Positions 1 through 10,794 of a stretch of DNA of 64,000 nucleotides are shown one piece after another. The position numbers and the translations under genes are program-made. The stretch's first letter is position 1, and every line of letters starts with the position of its first letter. The stretch is from an uncultured Solirubrobacteraceae bacterium (GTDB taxonomy: Bacteria; Actinomycetota; Thermoleophilia; Solirubrobacterales; Solirubrobacteraceae), in NCBI GenBank assembly GCA_963744035.1, contig CAVURZ010000004.1, positions 653,440 through 717,439 of the forward strand. The letters are read 5' to 3'. The notes under the pieces were generated by a model, which was given only the letters and a program-made list of their open reading frames with translations, made no database searches and was not told the origin of the DNA.

Positions 1-673
1 AGGCGGCGGCCTCGCGCAGGCGCTCGAGGACCAACGCGAACAGGTCGCTGTGGAAGCGGTGGTAGAGCGAGACGTCCGGAGGGGTTCGCACGACGACGAT
101 CGGGCGGGATCGGTCCAGGCCCAGCTCGGCGAGGACTGCCTGCGGTCGCGGCTCGAAGTCCGCGAGGTAGTACTCCTCCTTGAGACCCTCATAGGGCCGC
201 AGCTTGCGCCGCGCCCCGTAGCGGTCGAGGCGCTCGGCGGGGATCGCATCCGGGACCACGACCGCGCGCGGCAAGACGGCAGTTGACGTTGTGCTGGACG
301 GTCGCCCACTCGTAGTCGAACATCGTCGAGCTGGGGATCCGCAGCAGCGCGGCCGCGACCGAGATGTCGTTCGAGCCGTGCCCGAGGGCGATGTCGAACG
401 GGCGCCCCCGAGCCGCCGGCGGGACGCGCTGCGGGCCCAGCGCAGCAGGGCGCCGAGCGCGACAGCAGACCGCCCGCCTTGGCCAGCGAGGCCCCCGCCG
501 CGGTGGTGGCCGATGGCCGTGTGCTCCACGCCGAGGCGCTCGCAGAGCTCGAGCGTCTGGGCGAAGTCGCGTGCCGTCACACGGACCTCGTGGCCATCCT
601 CGCTCAGGCGCTCGATCAGCGGGCGCATCACGAGCACATGGGGGCTGTTCGTCAGGTCGATCCAGACGCGCAT
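1..673 (-). CDS. DUF354 family protein (GT-B-like), runs off the window, frameshifted
   Basis: Minus strand from ATG at 673 reads MRVWIDLTNSPHVL, and downstream frames give DIALGHGSND and STMFDYEWA, which are typical DUF354 motifs. Confidence 0.75.
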   Translation of the reverse strand, partial: MRVWIDLTNSPHVLVMRPLIERLSEDGHEVRVTARDFAQTLELCERLGVEHTAIGHHRGGGLAGQGGRSAVALGALLRWARSASRRRLGGARSTSPSGTARTTSRSRPRCCGSPARRCSTTSGRPSSTTSTAVLPRAVVVPDAIPAERLDRYGARRKLRPYEGLKEEYYLADFEPRPQAVLAELGLDRSRPIVVVRTPPDVSLYHRFHSDLFALVLERLREAAA

Positions 674-752
674 CTGCGACGGGACGGTAACGGGCGCCCG
701 CGGCGCTCAGCGGCGCTCGGTGACGCACGCCGGCGGGTATCGTTGCGCCCTG

Positions 753-1421
753 ATGCTCGTCCTCGCCTCGATATCCGAATCGCTGGTCAACGAAACCTCG
801 CACTTCGTCGCGAAGCGGGGCTGCCCGGGCATCTTCGTGCTGATGGCGATCGGCGAGCGCCTGCATTCCGGTCCCCTCGGAGGTCGTGATGCTGTTCGCG
901 GGCTTCGCGGTCGCCGACCCCGGCCAGAGCGGGGCCGAGCACCATCTGACGATGGTCGGGATCGATCCTGGCGGGACTGGTCGGCTCGATGGTCGGCTCG
1001 TGGGTGGCCTACGCGGTCGGCCGGGGCGGGCGGCTCGAGCTGTTCGAACGCCACGGCGCAAAATTCCACATGGGCCCCGCGCAGGTCGAGAAGGCCGACC
1101 GCTGGTTCCAGCGCTACGGCGAGGCAGCCGTGCTGTTCGGGCGGCTGATCCCGGTCGTGCCGCGTTCGTCTCGCTGCCCGCCGGGGTCGCGCGAGATGCC
1201 GCTGGGGCGCTTCACCCTGTCTCTCGCTGCATCGGCACCGTGCCCTGGGTGTGGGCCTCGCGCTCGCCGGCCACGCCGTCGGGGGCGACTGGACGAAAGT
1301 CCGCAAGGGCTTCGAGTACGTCGACTACGTCGTGCTCGCGCTGGTGGTCGTCGGTGTGATCTATGCGGTCGTGCGCCGCCGTCGGACACGCCGCGAGCCG
1401 GCGGAGAATGCCGCCGGCTGA
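753..1421 (+). CDS. dedA: DedA family membrane protein (frameshifted)
   Basis: Segments IFVLMAI, MLFAGF, GSWVAYAVGR.GGR and ADRWFQRYGEAAVLFGRLIPVV are spread over several frames. Confidence 0.85.
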
Positions 1422-2221
1422 GCCGACGCGGTCGTTCCGCCGGGCCGTGGTGCTGGGTCTGATCCAGGGGCCCAGCGAGCTGCTCCCGATCTCCTCCTCG
1501 GCCCACACCCGACTGATCGACCCTGGCGCGGGCGGGAATGAGGAGGCAGGGCCGAGGCCGTTCATTCGAGCTGGCCCTGCACGGGGCGGCGTGTCTGGCG
1601 CTGGCACTCGAGATGGCCGGGCCGCTGCGGCGCGAGCTCGGCCCCGCCCGACGCCCGCGGGCGGGCTGACGGCTGCTGCTCGCGGTGGCCCCTCCCGCGA
1701 TCGCGGGGCTGGCGCTGCGCGGCGTGATCGAGGCGGCGACTGTCGGGGCCCGGCGCGACGGCGCGCGGGCCTGCTGGCGGGAGCGCTCGCGATGGCCCTG
1801 GCCGACCGGCGGGGCGGGCGCGCCGGTGGCGCCGCGAGGCCGGCCCGCTCGACGGCTCGCTGCTGGGGCTCGCCCAGGCGCTCGCGCTGGCCCCCGGCGT
1901 CTCGCGCAACGGGGCGACCCTGACCGTCGGCGCGGGCGCGCGGGTTCGCCCGGCCGGCGGCGCAGCGGCTGTCGTGGGCCGCCGGACTGCCGGTGATGGC
2001 GGCGGCGAGCGCGCCGACGCCTCGCAGATGGGCCGCGTGTGCCCCGGGGGGCGAGGCGGCGCGGCTCCTCGGCGGGACCGCTCGGCGGCGTTCTGTCTCG
2101 ACGCGCTCAGCGCGCGCCGGCGCTGGCCCGGCGCCTCGAGCGGGCACCGCTGTGGCCCTATTCGCTCTACCGCCTGCTGCTGGCCGGCCTGATCCTCGCC
2201 GGGCGCAGGCGCGCACAATAG
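1408..2221 (+). CDS. uppP: undecaprenyl-diphosphate phosphatase (frameshifted)
   Basis: LGLIQGPSELLPISSSAH motif, LALAPGVSRNGAT (PGxSRSG-like) and a C-terminal YRLLLAG. Confidence 0.85.
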
Positions 2222-3779
2222 ATGGCGATGACTGGCATCGGAACCATGATCGCCGGGCGCTACCGGCTCGACGCCGTGATCGGCCGGGGGGGGATGTCGA
2301 CGGTCTACCGGGCCTTCGACACGGTCCTCGAGCGGCCGGTGGCGATCAAGCTGATGCACCGCGAGATCGCCGACCGACTCCGACCAGCTCGAGCGCTTTC
2401 GGCGCGAGGCGCGCTCGGTCGCGCAGCTCAACCACCCCCACGTCGTGTCGGTGATCGACGCCGGCGAGGAGCCCTCGGACGACGGACGAGCCGGAGCTCG
2501 GCACCCCCTACATCGTCCTCGAATACGTCGACGGAGAAACGCTGAAGGGGCTGATCCGCCGCGAGCGGGCCGCTGGAGATCCCGCAGGCGATCGCCTACA
2601 CGATCGAGATCGCACGGGCGCTCGGCGCGGCCCATGAACGGCGGATCGTCCATCGCGACGTCAAGCCGCACAACATCCTGATCGACCCCGAGGGCGGCGC
2701 CAAGATCACCGACTTCGGGATCGCCCGCTCGCTCAGCGAGGAGGGGCTGACGCTGGCCGGGCGGGTGCTGGGGACGACCGACTACGTCTCCCCCGAGCAG
2801 GCGCTGGGGCAGCCCGTGACGCCGCAGTCGGACCTCTACTCGCTGGGCATCGTCCTCTACGAGATGCTGACGGGGGACGTGCCCTTCCACGGCGACTCGC
2901 CGGTGGCGGTCGCGATGAAGCACGTCCGCGAGGAAATCCCCGACGTCCAGGCACGCCGGCCCGAGCTCTCGGCCGCGACCGCGGCGGTCGTCGACCGGCG
3001 CCGTCGCCAAGGACCTGACCCAGCGCTACCCCGACGCGGCGAGCATGGCGGCCGACCTCGAGGAGGTGCTGGCGGTCGAGGCAGCCCGCGACCGGGCAGA
3101 CGACCGGCGAGGTGACGACGCGTCCTGCAGACCCTTCCCGGCCGGGTCCGCAGGCGGCTGCCCTGGCGGATGCGCCACCCCGCCCGCTGGATCGGCTCGC
3201 TCGCGCTGATCGGGGCGATCATCGCGCTGGTCCTGGTGCTCGCGGCCGACCGGACCCACAGCGGGACCGGCGTCTCGCCCGGCGCCTCCTCGAAGGCGGG
3301 ACTGCGTGCCGGTCCAGCTGAGCCAGGACGCGGCCCACGACTACAACCCGTTCGGCACGGGTCCGGAAAACCGCGACCAGGTCGGCAACCTCGTCGACAG
3401 CGACCCGAGCACCACCTGGGCGACCGAGACCTACTACGACGGCACCCTGCGCAAGGCCGGCGGCGTCGGGCTGGGGGTCTACCTCGACGCGGCACCCGGC
3501 GTCATCGCGCGGGCGCTCGAGATGCAGACCCCGACGCCGGGCTTCGGCGTGCAGATCTACGTCGGCGATCACATCCAGAGCACCGTCACCTACTCCGCCG
3601 AATCGCTGACGGCCCGCGGATGGCAGGGCCCGGTGGGGACGAGCGCGAAGGTCCGCAACGGCGAACGCATCGCTTTGCACACGAACGGGCAGCGCCACCG
3701 CTACTACCTGCTGTGGATGACCACGCTGCCGCCTGGGAGGCAGTCGGCGACGATCTCCGACCTGACCCTGTTCCGGTGA
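2222..3779 (+). CDS. Hanks-type Ser/Thr protein kinase with TM helix and extracellular beta-sandwich-like domain (frameshifted)
   Basis: GRGGMSTVY, VAIK, HRDVKPHN, ITDFG and GTTDYVSPEQ motifs; TM segment WIGSLALIGAIIALVLVL; C-terminal DYNPFG..VDSDPSTTWATETY..YYLLWMT. Confidence 0.9.
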
Positions 3780-3789
3780 GCCGGAGGGC

Positions 3790-4839
3790 TCAGTAGCTGT
3801 AGGCGTGGCGCTCGGCATGGCGCTCGAGCGCCAGCCGGCAGAGTCGCTCGACGAGCTGCGGGTAGTCGATCCCGGACGGCGACGAGCAGCTTCGCGTAGA
3901 CGCTCGTCGGTGTGAAGCCGGGCATCGTGTTGAGCTCGTTGACGAGCACCTCCTCGCCGTCCACGAAGAAGTCCACGCGTGCCAGCCCGTCGCAGCCGGA
4001 GAGCTCGAAGGTGTGGACCGCCAGCTCCATCACCGCGCAGCCTCGCCGCGGGCGAGATTCGCGCGGGGATCAGCAGCTCCATACCGCCGGGCGAGTACTT
4101 GGCCTCATAGTCATAGAAGTCGTTCGCGAACACGATCTCGCCCGGCTCGGAGGCGCTCGCCCGCGGCCCGGCCGCGCTGCGCTCATGCTCGGCGAGTCCC
4201 AGCACGCCGCACTCGACCTCGCGGCCGAGGGCCATCGCCTCGACGATCACGAGGCTGTCGTGCTCGAAGGCCGAGGCCAGCGCGTCGGGCAGCTCGCCGG
4301 CCTCGGTGACCTTGACGATCCCGACCGAGGAGCCCAGGTGGGCGGGCTTGACGAACACCGGCATGCCGATCGCAGCGATATCTCCGAGCACCCGCTCGGG
4401 TTCGCGCCTGAAGCGTTCCGCCGTGAGGCCGACGTGATCGACCTGCGGCAGCGCCTCGGGCGGACATCACCTCCTTGAAGAGGACCTTGTCCAGGCACAG
4501 CGCCGATGCGGACACGCCGGCCCCGACATAGGGAACGTCGAGGGTCTCGAGCAGGCCCTGGACGGTGCCGTCCTCGCCGAACGGGCCATGCAGCACAGGG
4601 AAGACGACCTGGGCGCCGGGGAAGCCTTCGCCGGGCGTGAGGCTGATGGCCTCGCCGTCGGAGCGCCAGACGCCGTCACGGCCGATCTCGATCCACAGCA
4701 CCTCGTGTCCGCCGGCCCGCAGACCATCCCGCACGGCCGCCGCGGAGGACAGCGAGACCTCATGCTCGGAGGAGCGCCCGCCGGCAAGGACCGCGACGCG
4801 CAGCGGCTGGGAGGGTGCCCGGGAGGTGAAGCTCATCAT
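3790..4839 (-). CDS. ddl: D-alanine--D-alanine ligase (frameshifted)
   Basis: GGRSSEHEVS, LHGPFGEDG, VKPAHLGSSVG, FYDYEAKY and ELNTMPGFT motifs. Confidence 0.93.
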
Positions 4840-4845
4840 CTGCCC

Positions 4846-6769
4846 CTAGTTGCCGGCCGGCGTGGTCGGGCGTGGTGGGCGTCGTGGGCGTGGTCGGCGT
4901 GGTGGTCGGGGTCGCGAGCACGCCCAGAGCCAGCGTTATGGTCGCGCCTTTCGGTGCTTCGGTGGCCGCCGTGGGGCTCTGGCGCAGCACGATCCCGACC
5001 TGGCTTGCTTCGGTGGTCGTCTGATTGATCGTCTTGATCTTGAAGCCGGCTTTCTTCAGCGTCGCTTCGGCCGGCGCCTGGCTTTCCCCGATCACGCTGG
5101 GGATCACGACTTCCGTCGGCGCTTCGGAGATCGTCAATTCGACGGAGCTGCCGGCCTTGACCGACTTGCCCGAGCCGGGTGACTGCGACTGAACGGTTTC
5201 GGGTGTCTGGCCCGCGATCACTCGCTTGGTGATGGTGCCCACCCGCAGTCCGGCGCTTCGCAGTTCGCCTTCGGCGGCGGACAGGAGCTGGCCCTTCACG
5301 TCGGGGACCTTGACGGGTTCGGGGCCGCTCGAGATGAAGATCGTCACCGGGCTGCCGAGCTGCACGTCGGTCCCGGCCGGCGGGTTGGTGCCGATCGCAC
5401 GCCCGTCGTCCACGGTCGAGGAGGCCTGCGGCTTGGTGGTCGGTTTGAAACCGGCCTTTGTGAGCTTGCTGAGGGCCTGCGAGGAGGTCAGCCCTTCGAC
5501 GTCCTCGACGGCCGCGCTGGCGGCGCCGCCGGAGACCACGATCGTCACCTGGCTGCCCTTGTCGACGGTCGAGCCCGCCGGCGGTGTCTGGCTGACGACA
5601 AGCCCGCTCTTGACGGTGGAGCTGGTGGCGAAGGATGGAACGGGATCGAGCCCGGCGTTCCTGAGCGTCGTCCCGGCCGCCTGTTCGGTCATCCCCTTGA
5701 CGCTCGGCACCGACACCTGCTTGGTGGACCCGCCCAACAGCAGGACCGCAGCGAGGATCGCCAACAGGACCGCGAGGCCGCCGAGGCTCCACCAGAGGAT
5801 CTTGCGGTTGCGCCGCCGGCGCTCCTCCTCGGGGTCGAGCGGCATGCCGTCCTCCGCGTAGGGCAGCGGCGCGGCCAGCATCAGGCCCGTCGGAGGCTCT
5901 CCCGTCGAGCTCGCCTCGGCCGGCATCGGCACCGCGCCGTCGCCGCCGAGCAGCTCCCGCTGGCCTTCGAGTGCGAGGATCAGCTCGTCGTCGTCGGCGT
6001 AGCGTTCGATCGGGTCCTTGGCCAGGGCCCGCAGGACGACCGCATCCAGCGAGGGGGGCAGGACGGGGTTCAGCTCAGACGGCGGGCGAGGCGTGGCCGA
6101 GACCTGCTTGAAGGCGATCGCAACGGCCGTCTCGCCTTCGAACGGGACGACGCCGGTGAGCAGCTCATAGAGGATCACGCCGACCGAGTAGAGGTCCGAG
6201 GAGGCGCTGACGGTGTAGCCCTGCGCCTGCTCGGGCGAGAGGTACTGGGCCGTGCCCATGATCGAGCCGGTCAGGGTCATGTCCGATGCGCCGGCGCGGG
6301 CGATGCCGAAATCCGACACCCGCGCGCGGCCGTCTTCGTCGATGATCACGTTGTGGGGCTTCAGATCGCGGTGAATCACGCCGCGCCGATGGGCGAAGCG
6401 GGCCGCCCTGAGGATCTGGATGACGATGTCGATCGCCATCACCGGGTTCAGCGGGCCGGACTCGCGGACGATCGCCTTGAGCGAGCGGCCGGCCACGTAC
6501 TCCATGGCGATGTAGTAGGTCCCGTTCCATTCACCGCGGTCGAAGATCGCGACGATGTTGGGGTGCGACAGCGCGGCGGCACTTGAGGCCTCGCGACGGA
6601 AGCGCTCGACGAACTCCTGATCTTCGGCGAAGTGGTGGTGAAGGATCTTGACGGCGACCTGGCGGCCGAGCAGCTGGTCCTGCGCGAGATAGACGTCGGC
6701 CATTCCGCCCGAGCCAAGACGTGAGATGACCCGGTAGCGGCCGTCGATCAGTGTGTCTTGCTCAATCAT
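4846..6769 (-). CDS. pknB: PASTA-domain Ser/Thr kinase PknB
   Basis: Complete kinase domain (GSGGMADVY, HRDLKPHN, DFG), a TM helix, about four PASTA repeats and a Thr/Pro tail. The likely true stop is TAG at 4846-4848 after a 1-nt indel near 4870. Confidence 0.95.
4862..4912 (-). repeat. 9-bp coding tandem repeat (TPT)n in the PknB tail
   Basis: Imperfect CGTGGTNGG-like units on the + strand encode TPTTTPTTPTTPTTP. Confidence 0.7.
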
Positions 6770-8198
6770 GCAGAAGCTGTTCTATTACCTGACGGGCCAC
6801 CGGTGCAGCGAAGGACGCTCCCTGACCCGGCACGTTTTCGAGTGTTACGGCGATCGCGACCGTCGGATTGGCGGCCGGAGCGAAGGCGATGAACCAGACG
6901 TTGTTGATGGCGGTACCGATCTGGGTCTCGGCCGTTCCGGTCTTGCCGGCGACCTGGACGCCGGGGATCTGCGCGGATGTACCGGTCCCTTCGTTGACCA
7001 CCGCTTCCATCATCCCGCGCACCGATTCGGCGGTCGAGGGTTTCATCACATGCGACTGCACCTTGGGCCCGATGGTCTGGACGGTCTGCCCTTCGGGGTT
7101 GACGATCCTGGCGGTCATGTGGGGCACCATCAGGTTGCCCTTGTTGGCCACGGCCGCCGCCACCTCGGCCATCTGCAGAGGGACGACTTCGAGTTTGTCC
7201 TGCCCGATCCCCATGCGCCCGACGTCGACCTGGGGGCTGGTGGGGGGAATGACCCGTTCACCTGAGTGCTCGCCGCTGATCGACATTTCGTTGGCGGGGT
7301 AGTCCAGCTTGGGCTTGCTGTTGAAGCCGAACCGGTCCATGTAGCGCCCCATCGTCGCCTTGCCCAGGTGTTCGGCCACCTGGGCCCAGACGGTGTTGAC
7401 GGACTTCGCGAGAGCCGTCGTCAGGGTGATCTGCCCGAGGCTCTCGTTTTCGTCGTTTTTCAAAAGCTTGCCCGAGACGAGGATGTTGTTGCGCCCGCTG
7501 AGTTCCGATTCCGGGGTGTACTCGCCGGTGTCGATCGCGGCCGTCGCGGTGACGACCTTGAAGGTCGATCCGGGGGCGTAGCCGAACTGAGTCGCGCGAT
7601 TGACGAACGGTTTGTTCTGGTTGTCCGTGGCCAGGCGTTCGAACTGCTTTGTCGAGCTGACGGCGTTCGGGTTGAAGGACGGCGAGGAGGCCATCACGGT
7701 CACCGAACCGCTGCGGGGTTCGAGCGCCACGACGGCGCCGTGATGGCCTTCCAGTGATTTGACGGCCACCGCCTGCGCGGCCGGATCGAGCGTCGTGATG
7801 ACCTTGTCGCCGCGCGGTTTCTTGCCCTGCAACTGATCAAGTATCCGCTGCAGTCCCGTCGAGGTCTGACCGTTGAGCGCTGCGGTTCGGTAGTGCTCGA
7901 GGCCGGTGCTGCCGCGGTTGGTGAAGTAGTAGCCGATGGCGTTGGCGAACAGCGGCCCCGTGGGATAGAAGCGTTCGTAGATTCCTTCTTCATGCGGCAG
8001 GCTGCGCGCAAGGACCTTGCCGTTGGCGGCGACGATCTCGCCGCGGGCGATCCGTTGCTGCTCGAGCAGTCCCCGGTGGTTGAGCGGATTTTCCCGCAAG
8101 GCCGAGGCTTCGAAGATCGTCCAGCGCGAGGTGAAGCCGACGAGCACGGCGAACAGCAGCACGACAAGCCCGAACAGGCGGGTGATCGGACGGTTCAA
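6762..8198 (-). CDS. pbpA: class B penicillin-binding protein PbpA
   Basis: N-terminal TM helix, PGSTFK (SxxK), SVN (SxN) and KTG motifs; sits in the pknB operon. Confidence 0.93.
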   Translation of the reverse strand: MNRPITRLFGLVVLLFAVLVGFTSRWTIFEASALRENPLNHRGLLEQQRIARGEIVAANGKVLARSLPHEEGIYERFYPTGPLFANAIGYYFTNRGSTGLEHYRTAALNGQTSTGLQRILDQLQGKKPRGDKVITTLDPAAQAVAVKSLEGHHGAVVALEPRSGSVTVMASSPSFNPNAVSSTKQFERLATDNQNKPFVNRATQFGYAPGSTFKVVTATAAIDTGEYTPESELSGRNNILVSGKLLKNDENESLGQITLTTALAKSVNTVWAQVAEHLGKATMGRYMDRFGFNSKPKLDYPANEMSISGEHSGERVIPPTSPQVDVGRMGIGQDKLEVVPLQMAEVAAAVANKGNLMVPHMTARIVNPEGQTVQTIGPKVQSHVMKPSTAESVRGMMEAVVNEGTGTSAQIPGVQVAGKTGTAETQIGTAINNVWFIAFAPAANPTVAIAVTLENVPGQGASFAAPVARQVIEQLLHD

Positions 8199-8208
8199 GG
8201 CCAGATGC

Positions 8209-9423
8209 TCATTCGAGCTGGTCGAGTTCCAGGCTTCGGATCAGCGACCCGGCGTTGTTTTCCGAGCGCAGCGAGTGGTTGAGCAGAGTTTCGCGGCGCT
8301 GTGCGGCGAGCGTGGAGGCGCTGACGCCCGACACATAGCGGCTGCTGTAGAGGGTCAGGCCGCCGGGCAGCTTGAACGGGACGCCCTCGTACATCGTCAC
8401 CAGTCCGCGGTTGTTGGTGCCGATGAAGTAGACCTGCTGGAGCGCCAGCCAGGCACCGGCGGCGATGATCCCGAGTACGACCAGCGTCCCGGCGAGCACC
8501 CCGGCCCGGCGGGCTCGGCGGCGTCCCGTTCCGCTCTGGGGCGCCGTCAGCGGCGCGGTCCCCGGACTTCTCGGGCGCCGCGGAGCGCTGGGTGCGGGCG
8601 CGAGCATCACCGCGTGCTCATGTGTCCCGGGCGCGGCGGAGGGGCCCGGCGCGACGGGAGCCAGATCGGTCTGGGTCTGTTCTTCCTGCAGCGGGGTGCC
8701 GCCGAACTCAACCTCCTCGAGACGCACGAGGATGACCGTGATGTTGTCGCGGCCGCCGGCCTCGTTGGCGGCCGCGATCAGAGCCTCGCCCGCCGCCCTG
8801 AGCGGTGTGTTGGCGAGCAGCAGCTCGGTGATCTGCGCCTCGGGGAGCATCGTCGTGAGCCCGTCGCTGCAGATCAGATAGATGTCGCCCGAGATGCCGC
8901 GGAAGGAGCGGGTGTCGACCTCGACCCGGCCCTCGATCCCCAGCGCTCGCGTGATCACCGAACGCTGCGGGTGCTCGACGGCTTCCTCGGGCGTCAGGCG
9001 CCCCTGGCGCATCAGCTCGTCGACGAGGGAGTGGTCGTCGGTCAGCTTGATCAGCTCGCCGCCGCGCAGGCAGTAGGCGCGGCTGTCTCCGACATGGGCG
9101 ATCGCAACGTCCTGCTCACCGACGTATATGGCGGTCAGCGTCGTGCCCATCCCGGCGTGCTCCGAGTTGGCGTGGGAGAGCTCGTGGATGCGCGCGTTGG
9201 CGTCCTGGGCGAGCGCCTCGAGGGACTGCTCGGGGTTCGCCGTGTCAGCCAGTCCGGGGCGGAACTCGGTCACGGCGACACTCGAGGCCACCTCGCCGGC
9301 CTGGGCACCGCCCATCCCGTCGGCGACGACGAACAGGGGTGAGCGAACGAGCAGGGAGTCCTCGTTGGCGCGGCGCTGGCGGCCGGTATCGCTGCCGGCG
9401 TACTGCTCGGCGACACGCAGCAA
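8209..9423 (-). CDS. pstP: PP2C-family Ser/Thr phosphatase with TM helix
   Basis: RRANEDS, VADGMGG, GMGTT, HVGDSRAY, CSDGL and GGRDNIT motifs; TTG start at 9423. Confidence 0.93.
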   Translation of the reverse strand: MLRVAEQYAGSDTGRQRRANEDSLLVRSPLFVVADGMGGAQAGEVASSVAVTEFRPGLADTANPEQSLEALAQDANARIHELSHANSEHAGMGTTLTAIYVGEQDVAIAHVGDSRAYCLRGGELIKLTDDHSLVDELMRQGRLTPEEAVEHPQRSVITRALGIEGRVEVDTRSFRGISGDIYLICSDGLTTMLPEAQITELLLANTPLRAAGEALIAAANEAGGRDNITVILVRLEEVEFGGTPLQEEQTQTDLAPVAPGPSAAPGTHEHAVMLAPAPSAPRRPRSPGTAPLTAPQSGTGRRRARRAGVLAGTLVVLGIIAAGAWLALQQVYFIGTNNRGLVTMYEGVPFKLPGGLTLYSSRYVSGVSASTLAAQRRETLLNHSLRSENNAGSLIRSLELDQLE

Positions 9424-9424
9424 C

Positions 9425-9928
9425 TCAGTCGACCTCGAAGGCGAATTCGCTGTCGCCGATGCGTACCCGGTCGCCCGGGTGCAGGGGCCTGGCCGTCTGC
9501 AACAGCTCCTCGTTGAGGTAGGTCCCGTTGGTCGACCCGAGATCTTCGACGACGACCGTGTTGCCCTGTTCATAGATGCGCGCATGGCGCGAGGAGGCGA
9601 AGGGATCCTCGAGGCGGATCTCGGCGCGATCGCCTCGGCCCAGCACGAGGTCGCCGTCGAGGTCGTAGATCATCCCCGGCTGGTGCCCGGGAGCCCGCTC
9701 GACGACGAGGCGCGGAGCACGGTGGGCGAGATCCGCCGGCCCGAGGGTGGAGGCGGAGTACATGCCCGTGGCGTCGGGATCGGCCAGAACGGGGGCGGCA
9801 ACGACCCCTTGGCCGGGCGCCCTGCGGAGGTCCCGCCGGGCGCTGCGGGCGACCCACAGCAGGAACAGATAGAGAACGGCGACAAAGCCGAACTTGAGCG
9901 CCACCGATACCGGGTCGAGACTGTTCAT
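9425..9928 (-). CDS. fhaB: membrane-anchored FHA protein
   Basis: N-terminal TM helix (FGFVAVLYLFLLWV) followed by FHA motifs LGR, ASSRHA and DLGSTNGT. Confidence 0.88.
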   Translation of the reverse strand: MNSLDPVSVALKFGFVAVLYLFLLWVARSARRDLRRAPGQGVVAAPVLADPDATGMYSASTLGPADLAHRAPRLVVERAPGHQPGMIYDLDGDLVLGRGDRAEIRLEDPFASSRHARIYEQGNTVVVEDLGSTNGTYLNEELLQTARPLHPGDRVRIGDSEFAFEVD

Positions 9929-10728
9929 CCCAGTTCGAAGAGGACCTCGGTCGAGCCGAGTTCGATTCGGTCGCCCAGCTCGAGCGGCTGGGCTCCCGCG
10001 ATTGCGCGGCCGTTGACGAGCACCCCGTTGGTCGAGCCGAGGTCGGAGATCTCCCAGCCCGAGGCGCCGGGGCGAAGCTCGGCGTGCTTGCGCGAGATCC
10101 CGGTGTCCTCGAGGACGATGTCGCATTCGCGGCTTCGCCCGATCGTCCCGCCGCCCGGGGGGACGAGCAGCCGCCGCCCGGAGACGGCGAGCAGGGCACG
10201 CGGAAGACGCTGCGGCCGAGCCGTCTCGACGGGACCGCCGACACGCGCGGAGGTGCTGTAGATCATCGTGTTCCCGTGCTCCTCGGCCGGTTGGGGCGGG
10301 GCGGCCGGCGGGCGCTGCGGAGCCTCCTGGGGCGGGACATCCGGTTCATCCTGAACGTCCGGGCGGACCAACCGGGCCTCGATCCCGAACTCCCCGAGCG
10401 AGAGGCGATCATCGGTGTGGAAAGCGATGTGCGGCGGGGAGGCGAGGATCAGGTCCTCCCGCCGGGCATGCTCGAGCAGGTAGGCGCAGAGCTCTTCGAT
10501 GACCTCGTGCTCGACCTCCTCATAGCGGGCGCGATCCTCCGCGGACAGCCAGACGGCGTACTCGTTGGGCACGTAGACACGAGAGACGGAGACGGTCCGG
10601 TGTTCGTCCATCTCGCGGGCCAGCTTGCGCGCCAGTTCCATCGGGCGCACCTCCGAGCGGAAGGCCCGCCCAAAGGCGCCCTCGACGAGTTTGGCGATGG
10701 TGGTCTCGACGCTCTTGAAGGGGTTCAT
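9925..10728 (-). CDS. fhaA: DUF3662 + FHA protein
   Basis: N-terminal EGAFGRAFRSEVRPMELARKL..VPNEY; C-terminal FHA motifs IGR, SRKHA and DLGSTNG. Confidence 0.92.
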   Translation of the reverse strand: MNPFKSVETTIAKLVEGAFGRAFRSEVRPMELARKLAREMDEHRTVSVSRVYVPNEYAVWLSAEDRARYEEVEHEVIEELCAYLLEHARREDLILASPPHIAFHTDDRLSLGEFGIEARLVRPDVQDEPDVPPQEAPQRPPAAPPQPAEEHGNTMIYSTSARVGGPVETARPQRLPRALLAVSGRRLLVPPGGGTIGRSRECDIVLEDTGISRKHAELRPGASGWEISDLGSTNGVLVNGRAIAGAQPLELGDRIELGSTEVLFELG

Positions 10729-10794
10729 CGTGGCTCGGGCCCGCAGCGGAGGGGAACCGCCATTCGGCCATCAGGCCATGCTACGCACCCTGGG

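Noticed and set aside
4760-4845. PknB-Ddl overlap or fusion suggested by the ORF track
   Set aside because: One extra G in the Thr-Pro repeat near 4870 explains the read-through; correcting it gives a stop at 4846-4848.
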